Shown here: one piece after another, positions 37,761-48,813 of the stretch
How the letters are laid out: each line of letters begins with the position of its first letter
How positions within the stretch are numbered: position 1 is the first letter of the stretch
Assembly (NCBI RefSeq): GCF_051195135.1
Contig: NZ_JBNTKA010000002.1
Location: forward strand, 831,298 to 895,297
Direction of reading: 5' to 3'
DNA length: 64,000 bases
From: Halobaculum sp. D14
Lineage (GTDB): Archaea; Halobacteriota; Halobacteria; Halobacteriales; Haloferacaceae
The notes under the pieces: model-generated
What the model was told of the DNA's origin: nothing
Database searches by the model: none
What the model saw: only the letters and a program-made list of their open reading frames with translations
Made by a program: the position numbers and the translations under genes

Positions 37761-38081
37761 GGCTGGCGCTGCGACCGCGCGGCTGAAACGGTTGGTGGCC
37801 GCCGGCGCCGGCCGCCCGGTCCGCGACGCGCCTCGCCCTCCCCGGCCGACTCCCTCGGCGCTCTGCGCCTCGGTCGCCCCTCGCGCGCTCGCGGCCGCGA
37901 CGCAGCACGGCCGCCGCGCGCCGAACCGGCTTCCTCGGGTCGTTGTCGTCGCTGTGGAGTTAGCGTCGTCGTTGCTCTCGGAGTTAGCGTCGTCGTTGCT
38001 CTCGGAGTTAGCTTCGTCGTTACTGTCGCGGTCGGGGTCGGCGTCGCGTTCGAGAAGAGCGCCGGGGTCGTCGCGGCGGGC

Positions 38082-38879
38082 TTAGAGGCCGGCGAGGTGG
38101 AGTGCGTCTTCGGCGTCGGCGTCGTCGTGGACGACGGCGGAGACGGCGCGGGCGATGGCTTCGGGGTCGTCGTGCTGGAAGATGCTGCGGCCCATCGAGA
38201 CGCCTGCGGCGCCGGCGTCCATCGCGCCGCGGACGTCTTCGAGCGTCCGCCGGTCGCCCGACGGGGACCCGCCGGCGATGATGACGGGGAGCCGCGTCGC
38301 CTCGACGACGTGCCGGAAGCTGTCCGCGTCGCCGGAGTAGGCGGTTTTCACGACGTCGGCGCCGCACTCCTCGGCGATGCGGACAGCGTGGCCGAGGTAC
38401 TCGGCGTCGTGTTCGGGGTCGTCGCCCTCGAGGTTCTCGCCGCGGGCGTACGCCATCGCCATCGTCGGGACGCCGTAGTCGCCGGCGTCTTCGGTGAGCT
38501 GGGAGAGCTGTTCGAGCTGCTTCGGCTCGTAGGCGGAGCCGACGTTGATGTGCATCGAGACGGCGTCGGCGCCGGCGCGCAGCGCGCCCTTCACGGTGCC
38601 GGTCATCCGTTTGTCGTTGGAGTCCGGGCCGACGACCGTGGAGCCGTTCAGGTGGACGACGTAGCCGGCGCCGTTCAGGTTCGGGTGGACGCGCGGCGCG
38701 ACGCCCTTCTGGGTGAGGACGGCGTCGGCGCCGCCGCGGGTGACGGCGTCGACGGTGCCTTCGAGGTCTTTCAGCCCGGTTACGGGGCCGAGCGTGACGC
38801 CGTGGTCCATCGGGACCATGAGGATGCGGTCGTCTGTGGAGATGCGGTCGAGTCGAGCGGCGAGTCCTGCGTGTTCCAT
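38082..38879 (-). CDS. aroA': 2-amino-3,7-dideoxy-D-threo-hept-6-ulosonate (ADH) synthase / class I aldolase-like
   Basis: DhnA-type class I aldolase fold, 265 aa (MVPMDHGVTLGP..., VKTAYSGD Schiff-base Lys region); the ORF upstream of ATG 38879 is an Arg-rich artefact. Confidence 0.8.
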   Translation of the reverse strand: MEHAGLAARLDRISTDDRILMVPMDHGVTLGPVTGLKDLEGTVDAVTRGGADAVLTQKGVAPRVHPNLNGAGYVVHLNGSTVVGPDSNDKRMTGTVKGALRAGADAVSMHINVGSAYEPKQLEQLSQLTEDAGDYGVPTMAMAYARGENLEGDDPEHDAEYLGHAVRIAEECGADVVKTAYSGDADSFRHVVEATRLPVIIAGGSPSGDRRTLEDVRGAMDAGAAGVSMGRSIFQHDDPEAIARAVSAVVHDDADAEDALHLAGL

Positions 38880-38926
38880 GAGTGTGTGGGAGTCTGCCAA
38901 GGGCGTGGAAAGCGTTTGCGGACGAT

Positions 38927-39823
38927 TCAGTTTGAAGAGCGTTCCGGTGCCGGCTGTCGTCGCTCGTAGCCGCGCACCGCGCCCGCCTTCAGTTCGCGCG
39001 CCAGTTCCTCCAGCCGGTCGGCCACCTCGTCGACGGGCAGGTCGGATTCGACGCCCTCCGCGACGACGTCGACGAGCGCGGAGCCGACGATGACGCCGTC
39101 GGCGCCGGCTTCGACGACCTCGGCGGCCTGCTCGCCGGAGGCGATGCCGAACCCGACCGCCTTCGGCAGGTCGACGTCCGACAGCCGGTCGAGCGACGCC
39201 GCGGTCCGGTCGGAGACGGACGACTGCGCGCCGGTGACGCCGAGCCGCGCCTGCACGTACAGGTAGCCGGAGGCGACCTCGACGAGGCGGTCCAGCCGGT
39301 CGCCCTCGGTGGTCGGCGCGACGATGGAGACGAGGTCGAGACCGAACTCGTCGCAGGCGTCCCGCAGCGGCCCGGCCTCCTCCGCGGGGAGGTCCGGGAC
39401 GACGAACCCGGAGAGCCCGACGTCCGCCGCCTTCTCGACGAACGGCCGCGGCCCGGTGACATCGTCTGCCGCGTCGCCGGCCGTCTCCCCGTCCGCGTCG
39501 CCGGCTGCGTCCGGCGGCCGGTACTGGTAGATGAGGTTGTAGTACGTCATGCAGACGAGCGGCACGTCGACGTCGAGGTCCTCGACGAACTCGAAGAACC
39601 GGTCGGGCGTCATGCCGGCTTCGAGCGACCGGACGACGGCCTCCTGAATCGTCGGGCCCTCCGCGATGGGCTCGGAGAACGGCAGCCCCAGTTCGATGAC
39701 GTCGGCGCCGCCGCGTTCGAGCGCCTCGACGTACTCCAGCGACGACTCGTAGTCCGGGTCGCCGACGGCGAGGTACGGGATGAACGCGGGGCCGTCGGCG
39801 AACGCCTCGGCGAGGTCGCTCAT
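38927..39823 (-). CDS. trpA: tryptophan synthase alpha chain
   Basis: Conserved [21 protein letters not shown] and GFGI motifs. Confidence 0.9.
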   Translation of the reverse strand: MSDLAEAFADGPAFIPYLAVGDPDYESSLEYVEALERGGADVIELGLPFSEPIAEGPTIQEAVVRSLEAGMTPDRFFEFVEDLDVDVPLVCMTYYNLIYQYRPPDAAGDADGETAGDAADDVTGPRPFVEKAADVGLSGFVVPDLPAEEAGPLRDACDEFGLDLVSIVAPTTEGDRLDRLVEVASGYLYVQARLGVTGAQSSVSDRTAASLDRLSDVDLPKAVGFGIASGEQAAEVVEAGADGVIVGSALVDVVAEGVESDLPVDEVADRLEELARELKAGAVRGYERRQPAPERSSN

Positions 39824-41102
39824 AGCCCACCCTCGAACATGCTCATGTCCGGCGCGTTCGGGACGTCGCGTTCGGCGGTCTCTTCGATGACGGCTTCGAG
39901 GTCCTTGTCGCCGCGGCCGGACACCGTGACGACCACGAGGTCGCCGAGTTCGTCGCCGCGCTCGTGGAGGTGAGCCAGCGCGTGCGCGCTTTCGAGCGCC
40001 GGAATGATGCCTTCCTCCTGGCTGAGCCGGTGGAACGCTTCGAGCGCCGCGTCGTCGTCGACGGTCGCGGTCGTGACGCGGCCCTCGTCGACGAGGTGGG
40101 CGAGCTCCGGGCCGACGCCGGCGTAGTCGAGCCCCGACGACACCGAGTGCGACTCGACGATCTGGCCGGCTGCGTCCTGCAGCAGCTTCGTCCGGGCGCC
40201 GTGCAGCACGCCCTCCGAGCCGGTCGACAGCGACGCGGAGTGCGGCGCGACGCCGGCCTCCTCGTCGACGTCGAGCGAGGCGCCGCCGGCTTCGACCGCG
40301 ACGAGGTCGACGTCGCCGTCGGGGACGTAGCTGTGGAACGACCCCATCGTGTTCGACCCGCCGCCGGCGCAGGCGACGACCGAGTCAGGGAGCCGGTCCG
40401 CGTGCTGCTGAATCTGCCGCCGGGACTCCTCGGAGATGAGCGCCTGGAAGTCCCGGACCATCCGCGGGAACGGGTGCGGGCCGACGACGGAGCCGATGAC
40501 GTAGTGGGTGTCCTCGACGTTCGTCGCCCAGTCGCGCATCGTCTCCGAGATGGCCTCCTTCAGCGTGCCGCGCCCCGTCGACACCGGGTTCACGTCGGCG
40601 CCGTTGATCTTCATCCGGAAGACGTTCGGGCGCTGCCGATTGATGTCGCGTTCGCCCATGTACACCTCGCAGGGCACGTCGAGGTGGGCGGCCGCCATCG
40701 CCGTCGCGGTGCCGTGCTGGCCGGCGCCGGTCTCCGCGATGACGCGGTCTTTCCCCATGTACTTCGCGAGCAGCACCTGCCCGAGCGCGTTGTTCAGTTT
40801 GTGCGCGCCGCCGTGAACGAGGTCTTCGCGCTTCAGGTACACCTCGGTGCCGTACCGTTCGGAGAGCCGCTCCGCGCGCTGGAGCGGCGTCGGCCGGCCG
40901 CCGAAGTCCGCGATGCGGCGCCGGAACTCGTCCATGAAGCCGTCCTCGTTGTTGAGGACGTAGCGCTCGTAGGCGTCCGTCAGCTCCTCGATCGCCGGCA
41001 TCAGCGCCTCCGGGACGTATTGGCCGCCGTACTCCCCGAACTTTCCGTCGCCGGCGCGGACGCGGTCGCCGCCGCGGTCCGGGTCGCTGACGTCGTCGCT
41101 GC

Positions 41103-41106
<4 letters not shown>
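39820..41106 (-). CDS. trpB: tryptophan synthase beta chain
   Basis: PLP-lysine region [31 protein letters not shown]. Confidence 0.95.
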
Positions 41107-41915
<809 letters not shown>

Positions 41916-42024
41916 CCGTGTTCATTGATGGTCACTTCCGTACAAAAGAGTTGCGTCGCCGGTGGCCGCGGTCGCCGCCGCCGAGTACCGCAGTTTGAAG
42001 CGTTCGGCGGGCGACCGTCCAGCC

Positions 42025-42501
42025 ATGACCGACGCACTGGGCGGCGACTCGGGCGTCTACGCGCGTCGCTCCGAGCGGCTCGGCCGCGTCGTCGAGGTGG
42101 GCGTGGCGAGCGGCCGCGTCCTGTCCGTCTCGTTCCCCGACGACCTCCCCGAGGACGCCGAGCGGGAGCACGAACTGCTGGACCGGCTGTTCGACTACTT
42201 CGACGGCGCCGAGGACGACTTCGACGACGTGCCGCTCGCCATCACCGTGCCGACGGCGCAGCGGAACGTCCTCGACGCGCTCCAGTCGGTGCCGTACGGC
42301 GACACCGTCTCGCTCGGCCTGCTGGTCCGGATGACGACCGGGCTGGACCACGAGGACGACGCCGACCGCGAGACCGCACGGGAGGCGCTCCGCGAGAATC
42401 CCGTGCCCGTGTTCGTCCCCGACCACCGCGTCAGCGACGCGGAGGGAGCAACGCCGCCGGACGTCGCGGCGACGCTGCGCGACGTCGAATCGGAGCCGTA
42501 G
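42025..42501 (+). CDS. MGMT-family (O6-alkylguanine-DNA alkyltransferase-like) protein with Asp replacing the acceptor Cys
   Basis: C-terminal domain aligns to MGMT (TVPTAQRNVLDALQSVPYGDTVSLGLLVRM...NPVPVFVPDHRV), but the PCHRV Cys is replaced by D. Confidence 0.65.
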   Translation: MTDALGGDSGVYARRSERLGRVVEVGVASGRVLSVSFPDDLPEDAEREHELLDRLFDYFDGAEDDFDDVPLAITVPTAQRNVLDALQSVPYGDTVSLGLLVRMTTGLDHEDDADRETAREALRENPVPVFVPDHRVSDAEGATPPDVAATLRDVESEP

Positions 42502-42536
42502 CAGCGGGCGCGGCCGGGTCGCCGGCTGGTGCCGGC

Positions 42537-42887
42537 TCAGGCGCCGTCGGCGCGGACGAGGAAGTAGACGACCGCGAGCGCGAACAGCGCTTCGCCCGCG
42601 GTTTCGAGCGCGCCGACGCCGACGCGGACGCCGCCGAGTTTGCCGGCGCCGGCCAGCAGGAACAGCGCCGCGTTGCCGAGCGCTCCGGGCTCCGTCGGCC
42701 GGGTGTGGCGCCACATGGTGCGCTGGCTCGCGACGATGCCGACCGCGAGCATCGCACAGCCCGCGAGGAACGCCGTCGAGTAGGTGCCGAGGTACCAGCC
42801 GCGCGCGCCGACGCCGACGACCGCCGCCGCGAGGACGCCGGCGCCGACGGACGGGACGGTCACGCCGCTCGTCGAACGAGTCGCCAT
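42537..42887 (-). CDS. hypothetical membrane protein
   Basis: Three or four TM helices; starts at MATRSTSG. Confidence 0.45.
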   Translation of the reverse strand: MATRSTSGVTVPSVGAGVLAAAVVGVGARGWYLGTYSTAFLAGCAMLAVGIVASQRTMWRHTRPTEPGALGNAALFLLAGAGKLGGVRVGVGALETAGEALFALAVVYFLVRADGA

Positions 42888-43007
42888 ACCGTCCCGTCGG
42901 GCGGTTACCGCCCTAAGCGTGACGGGAAATCGCACGACGGGCGTCTGACGACCGTCGACTCGCTGCCAGTTTCCGGCGGGACACCGGTGCCCTCGCTCCG
43001 CCCTCGG

Positions 43008-43946
43008 CTACTCGCCCGGGGCGAGCGCTTCGTGCACCACGAACTCGGCGGCGTTGACGACGTAGTGAGCGACCGCGACGGCGAACAGGCTCCCGGTGGC
43101 GACGTAGGCCGCGCCGAGCGCGACGCCGAGCAGCCCGGTGACGACGATGCCGGCGCGGCCCTGCGCGCCGTGGCCGGCCGCGAACGCCGCCGCGGACCCG
43201 GCGACGAGCAGCCACGTCGGGACGCCGAACCCGGCCGACAGCGCGCCGACGAGCACGGCGCGGAACAGGAACTCCTCGAAGACGGCGACCGACGGCAGCA
43301 CGACGAGCAGCAGCGCCGCCCAGCCGACGGCGCGCTCCGGCGTCATCGCCGCCCGAAGCGACTCGTCCGGCCGAACCCCGAACCGGGTCGTGACCCGGCC
43401 GGCGGCTTCGTTGCCGGCGGCCAGCGCCGCGCCGACGGCCACGCCGACGAGAAGCGACTCCGGTGAGGCGACCGGCGAAAGCCCGAGCGCCGACGGCGGA
43501 ACGGCGGTCCACCACGCCGCCGCGGCGACGACGCTCCCGAACAGCCCGTTCGAGACGACGACGTTCGCGTACACCGCGGCCGTCGAGAGCGCGCCGACCC
43601 CGGCTCGGCTGGCGCCTGGCGTCGTCGACGGCGCCGCGTCCGCCTGCTGGCTTCGCTCCACTGACTCCGCGGGCTCCGTCGAGCCCGCGGATTCCGGCCG
43701 CCGGTCGTCGGTGCCAGCACCCCACACCCACTCGTCCGCCGCGAACGCCGACGCCGCCTCGGCGTCGTCGCTGTGTCCCTCGGCGTCGTGTCCATCGGCG
43801 CCGCCGACGCTCTCGTCGAACCGGTCGGTGTCGACGTCGCGGCCGCTGTTCGGTGCTGTCAGGAGGTCGGCGGAGCGTCGCGTGAGAACGAGGAGGACCG
43901 CGAGGACGACGCCCACGACCGCCGCGAACGTCGTCCAGTCGGTCAC
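43008..43946 (-). CDS. abi: CPBP family intramembrane glutamic endopeptidase (Abi/CAAX protease)
   Basis: EEFLFR and FxxxH motifs; polytopic; directly downstream of lonB. Confidence 0.85.
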   Translation of the reverse strand: MTDWTTFAAVVGVVLAVLLVLTRRSADLLTAPNSGRDVDTDRFDESVGGADGHDAEGHSDDAEAASAFAADEWVWGAGTDDRRPESAGSTEPAESVERSQQADAAPSTTPGASRAGVGALSTAAVYANVVVSNGLFGSVVAAAAWWTAVPPSALGLSPVASPESLLVGVAVGAALAAGNEAAGRVTTRFGVRPDESLRAAMTPERAVGWAALLLVVLPSVAVFEEFLFRAVLVGALSAGFGVPTWLLVAGSAAAFAAGHGAQGRAGIVVTGLLGVALGAAYVATGSLFAVAVAHYVVNAAEFVVHEALAPGE

Positions 43947-43955
43947 GCGTCTGCG

Positions 43956-46055
43956 CTACTGCGGGCTCGGGTTCGACGCGCCCGGGCCGGTTTCGCCGGG
44001 TTCGCTGGCCTTCTCCAGCGCCGACCCGGTGATGCTCTTCAGGCGGTCGACGAGCGAGTCCTTCTCGGGTTCGCCTTCGAGCGCGATGTCGAGCACCTCG
44101 CTGATGTGCGACACCGGGATGATTTCGACCATCTCCTTGTACTCGTCTTCGATCATCACGTCCTGCTCGTTGGCGGCCGGGATGATGACGCGGTCACAGC
44201 CCGCCTTCGCGGCGGCCTCGATCTTGTGGGTGACGCCGCCGACCGGGAGCACGTCGCCGCGGACCGACAGCGAGCCGGTCATCGCGAGGCTCTGGTCGAC
44301 GCCGACGTTCTCCAGCGCGGAGATGACGGCGGTCGCGACCGTGATGGACGCGGAGTCGCCGTCGACGCCCTGCTGGCCGGTCTGGACGAACTGGATGTGG
44401 ATGTCCTTCTCGGAGATGTTCTCGTCGGAGAACTTCTTGATGATGGCGGAGACGTTCTGCACGGCCTCCTCCGCGATCTCCTGGAGCTGCCCCGTCGCGA
44501 TGATCTCGCCGGGGCCCTGACTCGGCGTCACTTCGGCCATGACGGGCAGCATGATGCCGGAGTCCTCGCCCATGACGGCGAGCCCGTTCACGCGGCCGAC
44601 CTCGTACCCCTCGGACACCTGGAGTTCGTAGTCCTTGCGGCGCTCGATGAAGTCGTCCGCGAGCTGCTGTTCGATGGACCGGCTGCGGCCCTTCGCCTGC
44701 AGCACGTGCTCGCGGGTCGTCCGCTCGGCGTCCTCGCCGCGGGCGATGTCGCCCGAGACGCGGACCAGCCCGCCGAGGTTCCGGAGCTTCAGCGTGAGGT
44801 GGCCCTTCCGGCCGGCGCGGCGACGAGCCTCGAGGATGACCTCCTCGATGGCGTCGCGGTCGAACTCGGGGAGCCGGCCGTCCTTCGCGACCTCCTGGGC
44901 CACGAAGCGCGCGTACTTCCGGCGCATCTCCGGGGTATCCTCGATGGTGTCGTCCATGTACACCTCGTAGCCGTACCCCTTGATGCGCGAGCGCAGCGCC
45001 GGGTGCATGTTCTCCATCGCGTCGAGGTTGCCGGCGGCGACCATGACGAAGTCCGTCGGCACCGGCTCGGTCTGCACCATCGCGCCCGAGGAGCGCTCGG
45101 ACTGGCCGGTGATGGAGAACGCGCCCTCCTGGATCGCGGTCATCAGCTTCTGCTGGGACCGGATGTCGAGGGTGTTGATCTCGTCGATGAACAGCACGCC
45201 CTTGTTCGCCTTGTGGATGGCGCCGGCCTCGACGCGGTCGTGGCTCGGCGTCTCCATCCCGCCGGACTGGAACGGGTCGTGCCGGACGTCGCCGAGCAGC
45301 GCACCGGCGTGCGCGCCCGTCGCGTCCTCGAACGGCGCCGACGTGACGTCGGCGTTGTTCACCAGCAGGTTCGGAATCATCGCGTCCGAGCCGCGGGAAC
45401 TGTACCGCACGGCGAGGTAGATGACGCCGGCGGCGAGAATGCCGAGCAGCACGTTCCCGACGACCAAGAACGCGTAGCCGACGACGGCGAGGATGATGAT
45501 CCACATCAGGAAGGTCCGCATCTGGTTGCGCTTGCGGGCCTCCTCCCGGTGGGCTTCGACGATCTGTTCGCCCTTCCCGGACGGGACGGTCCGGACCTTC
45601 GGGTTGTTGCCGTCGTCCGGGTTGTGGTACACCAGGACGTCCTGGAGTTCCTCCGGCGGCAGCAGTTCGGCCATCGCCTTCGCCAGCATCGACTTCCCGG
45701 TCCCCGGCGAGCCGATCATCATGACGTGGCGGCGCTGCTTCGCCGCCTTCATCACGACGTCGCGGGCGTGTTCCTGCCCGATCACCTGGTCGACGAGCCG
45801 CTCGGGCACGTCGATGTCGCCGGTCGAGCCGATCTGGAGGCCGCCGAGGAGGTCGTCTTCTGCGGCCTCCTCGTCGATTTCGGCGTCGATTTCAACGTCA
45901 CTCCCGAGGTCTTCGATGGCGGCGTCCTGCTCAGACGGGTCGTTCGACGTCCCGACGGAGGAGTCGCCCGCGGCACCGTTGGACCCGGGGTCGTCGACGA
46001 CGGGGACGTCGTCGACCTGGTCCCCGTCGCGACTGTCGTTGCGGTCGTTGCTCAT
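43956..46055 (-). CDS. lonB: archaeal membrane-bound Lon protease (LonB)
   Basis: Walker A GSPGTGKS; a TM insertion inside the AAA+ domain; C-terminal Lon protease domain with the catalytic Ser in GDSASIT and the conserved Lys. Confidence 0.95.
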   Translation of the reverse strand: MSNDRNDSRDGDQVDDVPVVDDPGSNGAAGDSSVGTSNDPSEQDAAIEDLGSDVEIDAEIDEEAAEDDLLGGLQIGSTGDIDVPERLVDQVIGQEHARDVVMKAAKQRRHVMMIGSPGTGKSMLAKAMAELLPPEELQDVLVYHNPDDGNNPKVRTVPSGKGEQIVEAHREEARKRNQMRTFLMWIIILAVVGYAFLVVGNVLLGILAAGVIYLAVRYSSRGSDAMIPNLLVNNADVTSAPFEDATGAHAGALLGDVRHDPFQSGGMETPSHDRVEAGAIHKANKGVLFIDEINTLDIRSQQKLMTAIQEGAFSITGQSERSSGAMVQTEPVPTDFVMVAAGNLDAMENMHPALRSRIKGYGYEVYMDDTIEDTPEMRRKYARFVAQEVAKDGRLPEFDRDAIEEVILEARRRAGRKGHLTLKLRNLGGLVRVSGDIARGEDAERTTREHVLQAKGRSRSIEQQLADDFIERRKDYELQVSEGYEVGRVNGLAVMGEDSGIMLPVMAEVTPSQGPGEIIATGQLQEIAEEAVQNVSAIIKKFSDENISEKDIHIQFVQTGQQGVDGDSASITVATAVISALENVGVDQSLAMTGSLSVRGDVLPVGGVTHKIEAAAKAGCDRVIIPAANEQDVMIEDEYKEMVEIIPVSHISEVLDIALEGEPEKDSLVDRLKSITGSALEKASEPGETGPGASNPSPQ

Positions 46056-46222
46056 AGAATCGTTGCTACCGAATCCGACGGCCCGTGAACTGATATACTT
46101 TCTCCCCCCGTGTCGACGCCGTACCCGAGCGTGGACGGCTGAATCAGCCGGTCTCGCGGCCGACCGGCCCCGGTGAGACGACTCGCCGGGCTTATAAACG
46201 ACGGCCGCGAACCGGCTGCGTA

Positions 46223-46777
46223 ATGCGGGGGTTCTACATCGGGCGGTTCCAGCCGTACCACAACGGCCACCACCACATGGTGGAGGAGATCGCCGACGAC
46301 GTCGACGAGCTGGTGCTCGGCATCGGCTCCGCCGGCGACAGCCACACGCAGCGAAACCCGTTCACGGCCGGCGAACGCATCATGATGGTGACGAAGTCAG
46401 TCGCGCAGTTCGACCTGCCGACGTACGTCGTCCCCATCGAGGACCTCGAACGGAACTCGGTCTGGGTGAGCCACGTCCAGTCGATGTGCCCCGAGTTCGA
46501 CGTCGCCTACTCGAACAACCCCCTCGTGGTCCAGCTGTTCAACGAAGCCGGCGTCGAAGTCCGGTCGTCGCCGATGTTCCGCCGCGACGTCCTGGAGGGC
46601 AGCGAGCTCCGCGACCGCATGATTCACGGCGGCGGCTGGGAGACGCTGGTCCCCGACGAGGTCGTCGAGGTCGTCGAGGAGGTCGGCGGCGTCGAACGCA
46701 TCCGGCGGGTCGCCTCCTCGGACGCCAACGGCACCGAGTCGTACACCGGCGAGCAGTCCACGCTCGACGCGGAGTAG
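46223..46777 (+). CDS. nicotinamide-nucleotide adenylyltransferase (archaeal NMNAT)
   Basis: MRGFYIGRFQPYHNGH has the (H/T)xGH nucleotidyltransferase motif. Confidence 0.9.
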   Translation: MRGFYIGRFQPYHNGHHHMVEEIADDVDELVLGIGSAGDSHTQRNPFTAGERIMMVTKSVAQFDLPTYVVPIEDLERNSVWVSHVQSMCPEFDVAYSNNPLVVQLFNEAGVEVRSSPMFRRDVLEGSELRDRMIHGGGWETLVPDEVVEVVEEVGGVERIRRVASSDANGTESYTGEQSTLDAE

Positions 46778-46852
46778 CCGCGGAGCCGCCGAAGCGGAGC
46801 GCGGCGCGGTGACCCCGAGAGGCGGCGGTGCGGAGCGCCGCGTGGCCCGGCG

Positions 46853-47275
46853 TCAAAGCACGATTCTCGCGACGGCTGCTTCCCCGGTCAGCAGCGCGTT
46901 GTACGCGACGGTGAGCGTGACGCCGACGCAGAACAGCGCCGCCGGGACCGGCAGCGCGGAGCCGGCCAACCGAATCACGGCTTGGCCGGCGAGCAGCGTG
47001 CCGAGCGTCGACGCGACGTGGACGGTGGAGACGACGGCGAGCGGCCGGTCGCTCACGTCCGTCTCGCCGAGCAGGCCGTCGAACGCGACCGCGGCCAGCA
47101 CGGCGAACCCACAGACTGCGCCGCCGACGAACCCGACGACGCCGAGGACCGACGGCACGCCGAACGCCCGGATGGCGAGCGCGCCGACGCCCCACGTCGT
47201 CAGCGAGTAGCCGTACGCCTCCGATTCGGCGGCGAGTTTCCGCGCGAGCCGTCGTCGCGGTGCGTCGGCGGGCAT
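46853..47275 (-). CDS. hypothetical membrane protein
   Basis: 140 aa with four hydrophobic segments. Confidence 0.5.
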   Translation of the reverse strand: MPADAPRRRLARKLAAESEAYGYSLTTWGVGALAIRAFGVPSVLGVVGFVGGAVCGFAVLAAVAFDGLLGETDVSDRPLAVVSTVHVASTLGTLLAGQAVIRLAGSALPVPAALFCVGVTLTVAYNALLTGEAAVARIVL

Positions 47276-47287
47276 CCGTCCGGTCGA

Positions 47288-48652
47288 TTAGAGCATTCCG
47301 CGGACGTCGTTTTCGATCATCTCGACCTCCTCCTGGAGCAGTTCGCGCTCGAAGTACAGCAGCTCGACGCCGATGACGAACACGCCGAGCACGCACACCA
47401 TCACGAACGTCTCGAACTCCGCGTCGTACAGGTGATACAGCATCACCGGGACGAAGCCGACGGAGCCGACGGTGCCGACGAGCGGCGGCACCGGGTTGAC
47501 GTGGTCGACGTCGCGGTGCCGGACGGCGAGCGCGCTCATGCCGCCGAACACGACGATGAACGAGACGGACGCGAAGCTCGTGATGGCGTCGAGGCTCCCC
47601 CACGCCGTCAGCAGCGCCGTCACGCCGCCGAGCGCGAGCAGCGTCCGCTCGGGGACGCCGTCGGCGCCGCCGTCGCCGATTCGGTCGGGGAGCAGGTCGC
47701 GCGACAGCAGCCCCTTCGCGAAGTGCCCCGCCGAGAACAGCGTGGCGTTGATGGCGGAGCCGGTCGACAGCAGCGCGGACAGCGAGATGACAATGGCGGC
47801 GGTGCCGCCGAGGCCGAGCGGCGACGCCATCGTCGCGGCCGCGTTCTTCAGCGCCGTGTGCGGGTGGTGTGCGAGCGCCGTCGGCGCGAGGTTGTACGTC
47901 GCGACCGCGACGACGACGTAGATGGCGACGGCGACGGGAATCGAGATGTACACCGCCTTCCTGATGGTGTCGACCGGGTCGGCGATGGTCTCCTGGTCGT
48001 AAAACAGGAGCTGCCACCCCTGGAAGGCGACGAACGAGACGCCGGCCGCCATCACCGGCCCGAACGACGTGAGGTTCGACAGGCCCATGTGCACCGGGTC
48101 GGGCGACGCCGTGAGCGCGTACGCGATGCCGCCGACGCCGAACGCGACGAGCACCGCGATTTTCCCGACGACGAGGACGTTCTCCGTGGTGCCGGTGGCG
48201 CGAGCCCCGAGCAGGTTCAGCGCGACGAAGCCGACGACCGCCGCCACGGAGATGACGGGGCGCAGCGGGAGGCCCGCGGCGGACTCGGGGACGCCGGGGA
48301 GCGTCGTCGCGAACTCCGCGAACGCGAACGCGTACATCGCCATCGAGCCGACGTAGCCGAACAGCAGCGTCCAGCCGACGACGCCGGCGAGCGTCGTGTT
48401 CCCGGTGAAACACTGGACGAACGAGACGGAGCCGCCGCGCTGGTCCTTCTCCTCGTCCATCACGCGGTTCAGCACGATGTACGAGTAGCCCGCACACAGC
48501 GCGACGACGCCGGCGAGCACGAACGCGAACCACGTCGCCGCGCCGGTGATGCGGGTGACGACGCCGAGGACGGCGTAGATGCCGCCGCCGATCATGCCGC
48601 CCAGCGCGATGGAGACGCTCTCCGTGAGGCCGAGGTGCTCACCGTCGGGCAT
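47288..48652 (-). CDS. APC superfamily amino acid permease
   Basis: 454 aa with 12 TM helices and an N-terminal GxG-containing TM1 (IALGGMIGGGIY). Confidence 0.85.
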   Translation of the reverse strand: MPDGEHLGLTESVSIALGGMIGGGIYAVLGVVTRITGAATWFAFVLAGVVALCAGYSYIVLNRVMDEEKDQRGGSVSFVQCFTGNTTLAGVVGWTLLFGYVGSMAMYAFAFAEFATTLPGVPESAAGLPLRPVISVAAVVGFVALNLLGARATGTTENVLVVGKIAVLVAFGVGGIAYALTASPDPVHMGLSNLTSFGPVMAAGVSFVAFQGWQLLFYDQETIADPVDTIRKAVYISIPVAVAIYVVVAVATYNLAPTALAHHPHTALKNAAATMASPLGLGGTAAIVISLSALLSTGSAINATLFSAGHFAKGLLSRDLLPDRIGDGGADGVPERTLLALGGVTALLTAWGSLDAITSFASVSFIVVFGGMSALAVRHRDVDHVNPVPPLVGTVGSVGFVPVMLYHLYDAEFETFVMVCVLGVFVIGVELLYFERELLQEEVEMIENDVRGML

Positions 48653-48813
48653 ACGACGAGTCAGTAGTGGTCGCCGTCAGAAAAGACGTGTGGCCCAGAA
48701 AAGGTCAGGACGGCTGCGGGCAAGCCGCCCGGTCCGCGCCGCCCCAGTCTTCCCCACTTCGTCCGGGTCCGCTCCGGTCCGTCCCGCTTTGCCCGTCTCG
48801 TGGCGCGCGGTTC

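Noticed and set aside
38880-39830. N-terminal extension of the 582-aa ORF 38082-39830
   Set aside because: Only the last 265 codons, from MEHAGL, look like the aldolase-type protein. The upstream part overlaps trpA in another frame and is Arg-rich.
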